Of a DNA stretch of 64,000 nucleotides, positions 20,373 to 30,140 are shown one piece after another. Within the stretch, counting starts at the first letter, position 1. The number at the start of each line of letters is the position of its first letter. Source of the DNA: Patescibacteria group bacterium (lineage in GTDB: Bacteria; Patescibacteriota; Minisyncoccia; Phycocordibacterales; JBBTRF01). The notes under the pieces were generated by a model that was given only the letters and a program-made list of their open reading frames with translations, was not told where the DNA came from and did not search any database. The stretch is taken from NCBI GenBank assembly GCA_038065315.1, contig JBBTRF010000002.1:12021-76020 (forward strand), written 5' to 3'. The position numbers and the translations under genes were made by a program.

Positions 20373-21264
20373 ACGAAGAGGCTTTTCTTTCTACAGGCTT
20401 TCCCTGTTCATCCAGTGCAATATAGTACAGATTCCGTTTTGGGAAAAGGGTGCGGTAGGTGAAAGAAAAGATTGGAGTGAAAAGTGGCGAGGATAATTTT
20501 GATCTCAACCAAAAGAACATCTTTACTTTTTTGTTGAGTGGGCCGGACTCTCGAGAAAGTGTTGCTTGTTCTTCTCTGTATTGTTTCATGTTGGTACTGA
20601 GTTGTCCGACGGAAGATCTGAATGAGCTTACTTCAGCATCGAGTGACCAAAGGGGGGTGACTTTTGCAAACTGTAGCCATAGAGAGTAGTCTCCAGCAAG
20701 CTTTAATGCAGGATCAATACCCCCAGCCTTATTCCACAACTCCTTACGCCAAAAGACGCTGTCTTGGTGGATGAAGTATGCGTTGCGGCCGTAGAACCCG
20801 CGAGCAATCCACTCTTGGTTGTATAGATAGCATCGTCCTCGTTCGGTAATGGCAGAGCGTTCGTCGATAAAAGACGTGATGCCTTTCAGCCAGAGAATGT
20901 CTGGGCGCGCAGAGAAGACAGCAGCGATTTTTTGGAAGGCGCCGGCGGCGTAGATGTCGTCGGCATTGATGTACGCGTAGACATCGCCGCCGGCGCGTGC
21001 GAACCCTTTGTTCACCGCATCATACATCCCAGCGTCTTTTTCCGATGCCCATTGCATCGTCACTTTTTTGCAGCGCGCCGGCACCAGACCCTCATCGACT
21101 TTTCGTTGCCATTCTTCCAGCAACGCGATAGTGCCGTCAGTGGATCCACCATCTTGCACGATATATTCGATTTCGAAATCTCCCGCTTGCGAAAGCACGC
21201 TCTCTATCGTTTCGGAGAGGAAGCGCTGACCGTTGTAGACGGGGGTGACGATGCTAAATTTCAT
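20362..21264 (-). CDS. Glycosyltransferase family 2
   Basis: FSIVTPVYN, QDGGSTDGT, GMYDAVNKG, INADD. Confidence 0.9.
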   Translation of the reverse strand: MKFSIVTPVYNGQRFLSETIESVLSQAGDFEIEYIVQDGGSTDGTIALLEEWQRKVDEGLVPARCKKVTMQWASEKDAGMYDAVNKGFARAGGDVYAYINADDIYAAGAFQKIAAVFSARPDILWLKGITSFIDERSAITERGRCYLYNQEWIARGFYGRNAYFIHQDSVFWRKELWNKAGGIDPALKLAGDYSLWLQFAKVTPLWSLDAEVSSFRSSVGQLSTNMKQYREEQATLSRESGPLNKKVKMFFWLRSKLSSPLFTPIFSFTYRTLFPKRNLYYIALDEQGKPVERKASSYVI

Positions 21265-22079
21265 TTCTTCATCAGTCCGAGTGCGCGGAGGGCGCGCTTG
21301 ATGTAATACTTGGTGTAGCCGACGACGCGCGCCCAAGTCATCGGCGGCTTGTGCGTCTGCTGTGAGTCACTGAGAATCGTCCACGGCTTCTTCAGGATCG
21401 GCAATTTCCACTCGTCATTTTCTCGCGAGTAGCGATGCACGAACAATTTCTGTGTCGGATTTTCATACGGAAGGCAGTCGATGAGGAACATGAAAGACGA
21501 GTCAATCACGTGGATCTCTTTGGCTTTTTCGAACATCAGACAGTAGTCGATGATGTTTTCCGTAAATTGACGCTGCGGGCTGAACACTTCGAGGCCGGCG
21601 CCAATCTTGTCACGCTTGATAAGATATTGTCGAGGCAGGTCTTCGTGGATGAAGGCATAGTCGCCCTTCGGTGCCACTTTGTCGAACAACGCCTTTTCAC
21701 GTACAGGATCGCGCTCAATATGGAAGCTGTCCCATTTTTTCTCGAGCGGCACGCCGGCGAGGGAGTAGAATTGCTTTTCGAGCTGGCGACCGCCCCATTC
21801 GTCGAGGAATTCGAAACCAATCAGCCTCACTTCGTCGTAGTGGTCGGGACCGCTACCGTTGCCACTCTCGCTGGCGATGTATTGTCGAGCAAAGGCATCG
21901 TTACCCTGGATGATATTGAGGTTCTTGAGGTCACGATACATGAAGGCGACAGAAGGGTAGTTGTGGGGGTAGCAAAACAGCGCTACTTTGTCGTATTTTT
22001 GGCAATATTCACGCACGATGCCGTGACACATGAAGTGGTCTCCGAGCCCAAGATGGTGATACAAAATGACGCTAGACAT
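21261..22079 (-). CDS. Hypothetical protein, possible GT-B-like glycan enzyme
   Basis: GLGD near the N-terminus and IHVIDSSF; lies in the glycan operon. Confidence 0.6.
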   Translation of the reverse strand: MSSVILYHHLGLGDHFMCHGIVREYCQKYDKVALFCYPHNYPSVAFMYRDLKNLNIIQGNDAFARQYIASESGNGSGPDHYDEVRLIGFEFLDEWGGRQLEKQFYSLAGVPLEKKWDSFHIERDPVREKALFDKVAPKGDYAFIHEDLPRQYLIKRDKIGAGLEVFSPQRQFTENIIDYCLMFEKAKEIHVIDSSFMFLIDCLPYENPTQKLFVHRYSRENDEWKLPILKKPWTILSDSQQTHKPPMTWARVVGYTKYYIKRALRALGLMKK

Positions 22080-22151
22080 AGGGTGTTTGTTACGATAATA
22101 TGGCTCTATATCGGTCAGTATACCATATCTATTTTATCCTCATTAATTCCA

Positions 22152-23216
22152 ATGAAAGACGTCAAAAAAGCGATGAAAGCGGCCATACTCGAGACGATTG
22201 ACGCGCCGCTCGCTATCGGAAATGTCGAACTCACTGACCTCACTTCCGGCCAGGTATTGGTGAAGGTGCTGGTGAGTGGTATTTGCGGGGCGCAGCTGCA
22301 GGAAATCGCGGGGAATAAAGGCAATGCGAAATTCGTCCCGCATTTGTTGGGCCACGAAGGCTGCGGTATTGTCGAGGCACTTGGCCCAGATGTGACGCAT
22401 GTGAAGGTGGGCGACAAGGTGGTGATGCATTGGATGAAGGGTGACGGGATCGAAGCCGATTTTCCGACCTATATTTTGAATGGCAAAAAGATTCGCAGCG
22501 GCAAGGTGACCACTTTCAGTGAGTACTCGATTGTGTCGGAAAATCGGCTTACTGCTGTACCGCACGAGACGCCGAATGACCTCTGTGCGCTGCTGGGCTG
22601 CGGACTGTCGACTGCACTTGGTGTGATGGAGAACGAAGCGCAGGTGAAGCCGGGTGAGAGTGTGATGATTGTGGGCGCCGGCGGCTTGGGTCTCAATCTT
22701 TTGAACGCGGCGGTAATCGCCGGCGCCAAGCCCATCATTCTCGTCGACGTTCACGAAAGCAAGCGCAAGATGGCGGAGTCTCTCGGTGCACACCTATTCA
22801 TCAATTCAAAGGAGAAAGGTATCAAGGAAGAATTGACCGAAAAACTGAATCTGAAAGACGTGGATGTGATCGTCGACACTTCCGGCAACAAGCACGCAGT
22901 CGAAGCGACCCTTCCGCTGCTCGGCGGAAACGGTCGCTATATTTTCGTCGGTCAGCCGAAACCGGGCGAAACCATTGAGCTCAAAAATGCACACCACATG
23001 TTCGACGGAAAAGGGAAGACTATCAAGGCGACTCAGGGTGGAAAATTCAATCCGACAAAAGACATCCCGCGTTATTTGCAAATGCACAAGACCGGCGCAT
23101 TGAAAATCCACCATATCATTACGCATCGCATCAGCCTCGACAAGGTCAATGAAGCGATCGACATGGTGCGAGCGGGCCAGGCTGGACGAATTATTATTGA
23201 TATTTGTCCAAACTAA
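22152..23216 (+). CDS. Zn-binding medium-chain alcohol dehydrogenase
   Basis: GICG, LGHEG, LLGCG, GAGGLG. The 593-aa ORF in the track is an upstream over-extension. Confidence 0.88.
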   Translation: MKDVKKAMKAAILETIDAPLAIGNVELTDLTSGQVLVKVLVSGICGAQLQEIAGNKGNAKFVPHLLGHEGCGIVEALGPDVTHVKVGDKVVMHWMKGDGIEADFPTYILNGKKIRSGKVTTFSEYSIVSENRLTAVPHETPNDLCALLGCGLSTALGVMENEAQVKPGESVMIVGAGGLGLNLLNAAVIAGAKPIILVDVHESKRKMAESLGAHLFINSKEKGIKEELTEKLNLKDVDVIVDTSGNKHAVEATLPLLGGNGRYIFVGQPKPGETIELKNAHHMFDGKGKTIKATQGGKFNPTKDIPRYLQMHKTGALKIHHIITHRISLDKVNEAIDMVRAGQAGRIIIDICPN

Positions 23217-23242
23217 CCCGCGTGACGCACACGAACACTAAA

Positions 23243-24205
23243 ATGTCTACATCCCTCCTCGACGCTTACAAAAAAATGCAGTTGATCCGCATCACTGAGC
23301 AAGAGATCGCGAACTTTTATTTGGCCAACAAGGTGATGAGCTTCGTGCATTTCTATGTCGGACAGGAAGCGGTCGCAACAGGCGTCTGCGCGGCGCTGGC
23401 GAGTGGCGACAAAGTGATGGGTAACCATCGTTCACACGGCCACTATTTGGCGAAGGGCGGCGACTTGAAACGCATGGTCTGCGAGTTGCTCGGCAAGGCG
23501 CACGGCTCGTCGAAAGGGAAGGGCGGTTCGATGCACATGATCGACAAGTCGGTGAACTTTGTCGGCTCCACCCCGATTCTCGGTAGCGTGGTACCACTCG
23601 CGTGCGGTGCGGCTTTTGAACAAAAATATAACAAGAAAAACGACCTCACCGTGTCGTTTGTCGGCGACGGTGCTTCCGAAGAGGGTGTGGTATACGAGAC
23701 GATCAATCTCGCCGCGCTTTTTAAACTCCCATATCTCATTGTGGTAGAGAATAATCTCTATTCGGTCAACTCGAAAATAAAAGACCGGCGCTCTGAAGGC
23801 TACAATGTCGAAAAGATCGTCACCGGCCTCGGCGCGCAGTATATGAAGGCTGACGGTAACGATCTCGAAGATGTGCTCGCAAAGGCAACCGCCGCCGTCG
23901 CGAAGATCCGCGCTGGCGGCGGACCAATGGTGCTCGAGTGCATCACTTATCGTCACATGGCCCACAGCGCGCCGCTCTTTGATGACGCTCAAGGTTATCG
24001 CGAAGAAGATCCGCTCGAAAAGCGCCTCGAGCGCGACCCAATCAAGCGCTTGAAGCAAACCTTGCTCACTGCGGGTACTTCCGAGGAGCAACTCGCCAAG
24101 ATCGAAAAGGAGACTCGAGATACCGTGCTCGCTGCAATCGCCTTCGCGAAGGATGCGCCATTTCCGGCGAAGGAGACTTTATATACTGACGTTTACGCGA
24201 AATAA
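23243..24205 (+). CDS. TPP-dependent dehydrogenase E1 alpha-like subunit
   Basis: GQEA, HRSHGH, GGSMH, GDGA...ENN, YRHMAHS. Confidence 0.9.
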   Translation: MSTSLLDAYKKMQLIRITEQEIANFYLANKVMSFVHFYVGQEAVATGVCAALASGDKVMGNHRSHGHYLAKGGDLKRMVCELLGKAHGSSKGKGGSMHMIDKSVNFVGSTPILGSVVPLACGAAFEQKYNKKNDLTVSFVGDGASEEGVVYETINLAALFKLPYLIVVENNLYSVNSKIKDRRSEGYNVEKIVTGLGAQYMKADGNDLEDVLAKATAAVAKIRAGGGPMVLECITYRHMAHSAPLFDDAQGYREEDPLEKRLERDPIKRLKQTLLTAGTSEEQLAKIEKETRDTVLAAIAFAKDAPFPAKETLYTDVYAK

Positions 24206-24220
24206 CTTTTGAATACTTGT

Positions 24221-25282
24221 ATGCCCGAACGAATCATCAAATGCAACGACGCGATCAGGGAGGCCACCGACCAGATGATGGCCGCTGACCCAAGTGTGTT
24301 CGTGATCGGTCTCGGTGTCTCATACAAGAATGGCGCGGACGGGACCACTGCAGGGTTGAAAGCAAAGTATCCGGACCGCATCTTCGATGTTCCGGTCTCC
24401 GAAGCGGGATTCACTGGTATGGCAGTGGGTGCGGCGATCAGCGGCTTGCGCCCCGTCATTCATCATGGTCGCATCGAATTTGCACTGCTCGCCTCCGACT
24501 CGATCTTCACCCAAGCCGCAAAGTGGAACTATATGTTTGGCGGCGACAATCCGGTGCCGGCGGTCTTCCGCATTGCCATCGGCCGCGCCTGGGGCAATGG
24601 TCCGCAGCACACGCTCTCGACGTATTCTATGTTCGGCAATGTTCCCGGCTTGAAAGTGGTCATTCCATCGACGCCATACATGGCGAAGGGTCTACTGGTC
24701 TCTGCTTTGCGCGATCGCAGCCCGGTCGTCTTTCTCGAAACCCGCTATTCATACGGCATGAAGCAGCATGTGCCCGAAGAGCTATACGCCGAACCGCTCG
24801 ACAAGGCGAAAGTGTTTCGAACAGGGAAGAGTGTCACGGTCGTCGCGTATGGTGACGGTTTTGTTGGCGCGCTACAAGCCTGCGAATTGCTCAATGCGAG
24901 CGGCAACGGCACAGACGTTGCAGATATCGACCTGATCGATCTCGTGAGCATCAATCCTGTCGACCACGAGACCATCACTCGTTCGGTGCAGAAGACCGGA
25001 CATTTGTTGTGCATCGATACGACGATCGATTCATTTAGTGTTGGCTCGGAGATCATCGCAAAGGTGGCGCAGAACGGCGCGATCAGACTGAAAAAGGCGC
25101 CGGTCTCGCTCGCGTGTCCGAATGTTGCCTGTCCAACCTCGACTGCACTCACTGAAGGCTACTATCCGACCAAAGTGGACATCGCGAACGCTATTTTAGC
25201 CCTGCAAGGGAAGCCAGCGATCAAGTACGATCTTTCTTTTGACGATTTTCATACTCACGCCGCATTTGTGATCCAGGGTTAG
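24221..25282 (+). CDS. TPP-dependent dehydrogenase E1 beta-like subunit
   Basis: RIFDVPVSE, GPQH, PGLKVVIPS; transketolase C-terminal domain. Confidence 0.88.
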   Translation: MPERIIKCNDAIREATDQMMAADPSVFVIGLGVSYKNGADGTTAGLKAKYPDRIFDVPVSEAGFTGMAVGAAISGLRPVIHHGRIEFALLASDSIFTQAAKWNYMFGGDNPVPAVFRIAIGRAWGNGPQHTLSTYSMFGNVPGLKVVIPSTPYMAKGLLVSALRDRSPVVFLETRYSYGMKQHVPEELYAEPLDKAKVFRTGKSVTVVAYGDGFVGALQACELLNASGNGTDVADIDLIDLVSINPVDHETITRSVQKTGHLLCIDTTIDSFSVGSEIIAKVAQNGAIRLKKAPVSLACPNVACPTSTALTEGYYPTKVDIANAILALQGKPAIKYDLSFDDFHTHAAFVIQG

Positions 25283-25343
25283 ATTGACGGAAAAGCTTCG
25301 AAAATAACGTCAAAAAGCCTTATAATTGGCCGCAAAATAGACA

Positions 25344-25372
25344 TTGACAGTAGCATTAAAATATGCTACAAT
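25344..25372 (+). promoter_or_regulatory. Sigma70-type promoter
   Basis: TTGACA-17 nt-TACAAT with extended TG. Confidence 0.7.
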
Positions 25373-25484
25373 TGAGACCGGTCAGGAAATGCCCTGTTTG
25401 GCATGTTCCGAATTTGAAAAAACAGCAGAAAACGCAATAAACCAGGCCCTAAACAGGCCGCAAACCTCTTGAAAGGAGGCCGCA

Positions 25485-26270
25485 GTGCAACGTCAACAGT
25501 TCAAGCTCATCACGCTCAACGTTGGTCGCGGACTTTCCGGCATCGACCGGATCATTACCTTCCTACGGGAGCAGCAGGCCGACGTGCTTTGCTTGCAAGA
25601 CATCAGCGCCGACCATATCGCCTCGTTCCCCGGAGTGTTCGGTCCGTCGATGCACTTCGTGCCGATGTGCCGCCACCACTTCAGGGGACTGGGCCATGTT
25701 CCGGTCGGCGTCGGCATTTTCTCCCGGTTTCCGCTCGCCAGCACCTCGGCGCATGCTTACGTCGGCAACATTCAGCCGGTCTTGGACATCGACGGCGTCA
25801 CCTACGGCGAAAATGGCGCTGCCGCTCCGACGGATCTGGATCTGGTCCGCAAGACCGAATCCCGCGTCGCCGTGTTCGCCAACGTCCAGTTACCCGACAA
25901 CGTTCAAGTCCGGGTTGGCACTACGCACGGGGTTTGGACTCCGGGCGGAAAAGCGGACGAGCATCAACGCAAGGCTACGCGCCTGCTGCGCAACTGCATG
26001 AATGAGCAACTGATTGACGGTGGCCTGATAGCCGGCGATTTCAACGCTGCCACTGGCGGCGAGATCTACGGCATTATTGCCGGCTCGGAGCACTATCAGA
26101 GCGTTATGCCGGGCAGCATCACCAACACCGTTGACTGGGAAGTTCGCGGCAAGAAAGGCCCGGAACTTGTCGTGGATCACGTCTTCGCCGCGCATGTCGC
26201 CGTTCCGGAAGTGGCTGCACACTTCGGTGTGAGTGATCATGCCGCGCTCTCGGCCATTGTCCGGGTGTAG
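25485..26270 (+). CDS. Endonuclease/exonuclease/phosphatase family protein
   Basis: ITLNV, DVLCLQD, TTH, AGDFN, VDHVF, SDH; SD GAAAGGAGG before a GTG start. Confidence 0.85.
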   Translation: MQRQQFKLITLNVGRGLSGIDRIITFLREQQADVLCLQDISADHIASFPGVFGPSMHFVPMCRHHFRGLGHVPVGVGIFSRFPLASTSAHAYVGNIQPVLDIDGVTYGENGAAAPTDLDLVRKTESRVAVFANVQLPDNVQVRVGTTHGVWTPGGKADEHQRKATRLLRNCMNEQLIDGGLIAGDFNAATGGEIYGIIAGSEHYQSVMPGSITNTVDWEVRGKKGPELVVDHVFAAHVAVPEVAAHFGVSDHAALSAIVRV

Positions 26271-26302
26271 CGGATTACTCGAAATAACAAGTGATACTTC
26301 GC

Positions 26303-26342
26303 AACTTCCTCGCGCCATCCGTGGCCGAGGGAGTTTTTTCTT
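26303..26342 (+). terminator. Intrinsic terminator
   Basis: AACTTCCTCG/CGAGGGAGTT stem plus T run. Confidence 0.65.
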
Positions 26343-26354
26343 GTAGACATTTTG

Positions 26355-28361
26355 CTACTTCCGCCACAGATACAGAGCAATCGGGAAGCAGTAACTATTT
26401 TTGAATGTTTCGGCGACTTGGAAATTAAAATCGCGATCAGCGCCGCGGCCCATGAAAGATGGCCAGACCCGGTTTTTGAGCTTTCTGAATTGGACCTTTT
26501 CTATCACTTCGCGCTTGAACATTGGACTGTTGCCCGCGCCTGGGTAGGGCGCCAGGTTGCCAAAGAAGAGCTTGTTCAGTACGCGGAGACGTTTGTAGTG
26601 AAAATGAATCGCGCTATTTACATACGTCGAGACTTTTGCAACCAACCCTTTTGCTTTCTGTGACAACGTGTAAATCTCTTTAGGTCCAAGGATTTTTCCG
26701 TCAATTTTGTATTCCGCTTTCGTCCCCAGGAGCTCTTCTCTGAACGGGACACACTCAGTAGTGATGTGCATCGCGCCATGCTTGGTGAGCAGATCGTGTT
26801 GAACCTCCAGTCGGTTCAATAGGGAGGCATCATCGCCGTCCTGGAAGGTGATGAGTTCGCCACGAGCCTTGGTGAAGCCAAAGTTTCGCGCAGCATAGCC
26901 TGCGTTGGTGTTGCGTTTCAGTATCGGATCGATGCGCTCGGTGTCGTTGCCGGGTAGTGAGTAATAAGCGACTCGCGGATCTTCTTTCGCGACGTCCTCG
27001 ACAATCTTTTTGGTGTTGTCGGCGCTGTTGTCGTCCACAACGATGACTTCAAGATGTGTGTATGTTTGTTGGAGGATTGAATCAATCGCTGTTTTGATCG
27101 TCTCGGCGTTGTTGTGTGCAGGGATGATGACAGAGATGAGCGGATTTGTTGCGGGGCGTAGTATGTCGTCGATAAAATGTCCGTAAGCGGAAGAAAAATG
27201 CTCTTTCGTATGGTGTTCCCGAGCATACATCCAGGTGTTGTGAGCCAATGTGCTGAGCTGCTCCGGTGCAGTCTGTGCGATTTTTTTCGCCTGTGCGCGG
27301 ATCGATTCAATGGTCGGCTCCTCCAAAATGATTGCCGGGGCTTTCTCAGCAAGACCTGTTTGTCTGGTGACAATCGGGAAGACTCCAGCATGCATTGCCT
27401 GTATCACGGCACCGGAAGTACCCTCAGAGGCTGAAGGGTAAATGAGGGTTGCGCATTTATTAGCGATGGCAATGAATGTCGTGTCGCCGACGGTCATTGT
27501 GCCAGCCTTGTCCATCTTTGGTCGTGGATAGCAAGTGATATTCGGTAAGGCGAGTTCGGTTGCATAGACTGCTTGGAACGTTGTTTCAGCGGCGGTGGGG
27601 CCGATGATATGTAAATGCAGTTCCGGCATGGTGGAGAAAGCTTCTATTACCAAATCGAGTCCCTTTAGGATAGCCCCACCGCCGCTGAAGAAGAGAAAGT
27701 GCTTTCGCGCTTCGGCAAAATCTTTTCCGCCCGCCTCGCCAATCTCGGAAGCTTCAAATGTCTGTGCGACGGATATAGGAATGTGGCGAATCGGTTTATT
27801 GAATCGAGCAAATGTTGCGTAAACAGTGTCGTTGCCGAAGCCTTCAAGGAAGTCTGCATAAGCAGGATTTTCAGCACCGGTCTCGACGCGCCGAGCTGGC
27901 AGAATGATACCGCGTCGCTGTTTGAGTTCGGCGAGACGCTTCGCTTCAGCGGCGTTTTGAAAACCGCTCTCCGACGAAGTGATGTGCATTACTTTTTTGC
28001 ATGAAGCAGGAAGGAGGGAGGTGCCTGCGAGGCCGGCAGTACACCATCGCTCCAGATTTTGCCGCACATCGACGACGGCATCATATTGTTTGCGCGGAAC
28101 AAAAGACGTATTTGAGGCATTGATCACGTCGACATCATATCCTCGAACTGAAAACAGCCGAGCAATTTCAGAGCATTCCCAATAGTTGGTGTGTGGGTCG
28201 GTGAATCGCTGCCAAGGGAGAAGGGTGAAGGGGCCGGTGAGATATGAGAGGAGAACTCGACCTTTTTTTGTCGACTGGCCACCTGTCTTTTCGCGTGTCG
28301 CCGGCACATGCACTACTCCATGTAGCTTGTTTGAGACTTTGTTTTTGAGAGTGCCGATCAT
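26355..28361 (-). CDS. Bifunctional GT4-GT2 glycosyltransferase
   Basis: KGLD...SEGTSGAVIQAM (GT4-like), then ISVIIPAHN...VDD...FQDGDD (GT2). Confidence 0.85.
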   Translation of the reverse strand: MIGTLKNKVSNKLHGVVHVPATREKTGGQSTKKGRVLLSYLTGPFTLLPWQRFTDPHTNYWECSEIARLFSVRGYDVDVINASNTSFVPRKQYDAVVDVRQNLERWCTAGLAGTSLLPASCKKVMHITSSESGFQNAAEAKRLAELKQRRGIILPARRVETGAENPAYADFLEGFGNDTVYATFARFNKPIRHIPISVAQTFEASEIGEAGGKDFAEARKHFLFFSGGGAILKGLDLVIEAFSTMPELHLHIIGPTAAETTFQAVYATELALPNITCYPRPKMDKAGTMTVGDTTFIAIANKCATLIYPSASEGTSGAVIQAMHAGVFPIVTRQTGLAEKAPAIILEEPTIESIRAQAKKIAQTAPEQLSTLAHNTWMYAREHHTKEHFSSAYGHFIDDILRPATNPLISVIIPAHNNAETIKTAIDSILQQTYTHLEVIVVDDNSADNTKKIVEDVAKEDPRVAYYSLPGNDTERIDPILKRNTNAGYAARNFGFTKARGELITFQDGDDASLLNRLEVQHDLLTKHGAMHITTECVPFREELLGTKAEYKIDGKILGPKEIYTLSQKAKGLVAKVSTYVNSAIHFHYKRLRVLNKLFFGNLAPYPGAGNSPMFKREVIEKVQFRKLKNRVWPSFMGRGADRDFNFQVAETFKNSYCFPIALYLWRK

Positions 28362-28365
28362 GCGA

Positions 28366-29109
28366 TTACTTCGCCGCCTTCTTGATGAACAGCGCGAGGT
28401 CGAGCGTATCCGCCTGCTCAGTTTTTGTGATCGTGAATGGTCCTTCGAATGGTCCGTTGACGCAATTCCACTCCACTTCGCCGTGCTTTCGGGTGATCGC
28501 ATCCAATTCAGCAAATGTCCACTCGCGCAAATGCCAATAATTCTTCGGCGTGCCATCGGCCTTGGTGTACTCTGGTCGCTTGTTCGGTGTAGTCAAGAAG
28601 ACGCCGCGCTTCGAGACACGCAACACTTCGTCGAGGAAGCGATGGTAGTCCTCCACGTGCTCCAACACTTCCACACAGGTGATCATGTCAAAATAATTGT
28701 CAGGATAGTCGAGTTTATAGCCATCGTACAAAGAGAGTTTTTTCAACTTTGGATGCTTGCCGGCAAGTACGCGTTGGCAATAGTCGTAGGCTTTCTTATC
28801 GACATCGGCGCCATACACCTCAGTCGCTTTGTTCCCCAAAAGCACCAGTCCATAGCCGGTGCCAAATCCGACATCGAGCACACGGTCGCCCTCCTTCACA
28901 TAATTATTGAGGGCACGAAAATACACCTCGATCTGGCACGGTGGAATGATTCCTTCGATTCCCGAGACAGCCGAGTATTCCTTCGGATCGGTCTTTTTCG
29001 ACGTGTTAAAAACCAGGCCAACCGAACTCGCCGTTTTCACCGGCATGATCCGGAATCCGAGCGTGCTGTCTAGACAATTATTGACTGCTTTTAGGGTTTT
29101 TTTGATCAT
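28366..29109 (-). CDS. Class I SAM-dependent methyltransferase
   Basis: VLDVGFGTG, EVLEHV, TTPN. Confidence 0.88.
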   Translation of the reverse strand: MIKKTLKAVNNCLDSTLGFRIMPVKTASSVGLVFNTSKKTDPKEYSAVSGIEGIIPPCQIEVYFRALNNYVKEGDRVLDVGFGTGYGLVLLGNKATEVYGADVDKKAYDYCQRVLAGKHPKLKKLSLYDGYKLDYPDNYFDMITCVEVLEHVEDYHRFLDEVLRVSKRGVFLTTPNKRPEYTKADGTPKNYWHLREWTFAELDAITRKHGEVEWNCVNGPFEGPFTITKTEQADTLDLALFIKKAAK

Positions 29110-29129
29110 ATAAATAGGAGCCAATTTTA

Positions 29130-30140
29130 TCACGCCTTTTTTCGGGTCACAAGGCGGTAGAGTTTTTTCAGTAATTCGCTCTTCACCGCGATCGCGATGA
29201 CTGTTTTCTTCAGGCTAAATGGCTCTGGACGAAAACTCCGTTCGTAAAAGGCTCGGTCGTATTCCATCCCGGCCGCTACCGCGCCTTCGGCAGTTGCCGG
29301 ATGAACGATAGCTCCATCCGCGTAGAGATCATGTGTCGCTAGGTGCTGGTTGCTGCCGCCCGAATGCGTCCCTTCTGAGCCGATATTGGATACCAGATTT
29401 TTGCGAGGGATGATACAAAAGCCGCCACTCCTCAGACAGGCATACAGCCACTGCACGTCCCAGGTGTTTGTCTTTCCGGATACGATGTCGTCAAAGAGAC
29501 GTTCCATATGATTTCTCATATATTTCTGATCTTCCGGATATAGCTCGTTCAGCATCTTTATGTCTCCCGAGTCGCTCTTGTTTCTTGTTGCTCTTTCCCA
29601 ATCCTTCATCTGCACATCATACTGCTGCCATGCTCGGCGCCATGTCGCCCAGCCCCAGATCGGAAAGTATTTTGAAAATGCGTAGTCGGTCTCGATGTGC
29701 ACATCTGGCAGAAAATTGTCGCCAGAGATCATCATCACTCGCTCATCCGATCGATACCGCTTGAGCATCTCTCCTGCGAAACGAAAGAAAGACGGGTGGG
29801 GTAGACAGTCGTCTTCGAGGATAATCCCTTCTTCGACGTGTTCAAAAAACCAATTCAATCCCGAGGAGATACGCTCTTTCAGGCCAAGGTTTTTTTCGGC
29901 GTAATTGCGACGGACTTCGCATGGCCAGTCAATCTCCGTATCTGCAACGATCGCTCTTGTTTCTTCGCAGAGGGCTGACTCGGCCGGGGTGCGTGGACCA
30001 TCTGCAATAATGAAGAGCTGTCGAGGCTTTGCCTGGCGGATTTGCTCGAATACCTTGCGAGTGTATTCCGGGCGATTGAAGATGAGAAAGGCAATCGGCA
30101 AGGTCGATAGGTTTGGCGTGTTGATATTAGTCTGCGACAT
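29130..30140 (-). CDS. GT-A nucleotide-diphospho-sugar transferase
   Basis: FLIFNRP, IADGPR, IILEDDC, IWGWATW, WDVQW. Confidence 0.85.
   Translation of the reverse strand: MSQTNINTPNLSTLPIAFLIFNRPEYTRKVFEQIRQAKPRQLFIIADGPRTPAESALCEETRAIVADTEIDWPCEVRRNYAEKNLGLKERISSGLNWFFEHVEEGIILEDDCLPHPSFFRFAGEMLKRYRSDERVMMISGDNFLPDVHIETDYAFSKYFPIWGWATWRRAWQQYDVQMKDWERATRNKSDSGDIKMLNELYPEDQKYMRNHMERLFDDIVSGKTNTWDVQWLYACLRSGGFCIIPRKNLVSNIGSEGTHSGGSNQHLATHDLYADGAIVHPATAEGAVAAGMEYDRAFYERSFRPEPFSLKKTVIAIAVKSELLKKLYRLVTRKKA

Noticed and set aside
21435-22151. N-terminal extension giving a 593-aa dehydrogenase
   Set aside because: It is the antisense shadow of the 21261-22079 gene; ADH similarity starts at about 22152.
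23243-25282. Housekeeping pyruvate dehydrogenase (pdhAB)
   Set aside because: No adjacent E2/E3, divergent beta subunit and glycan-cluster context, so no symbol was assigned.
25379-25430. SRP RNA (GGTCAGG...AGCAG)
   Set aside because: Lacks the GNRA-capped helix 8 geometry; better explained as a leader hairpin.
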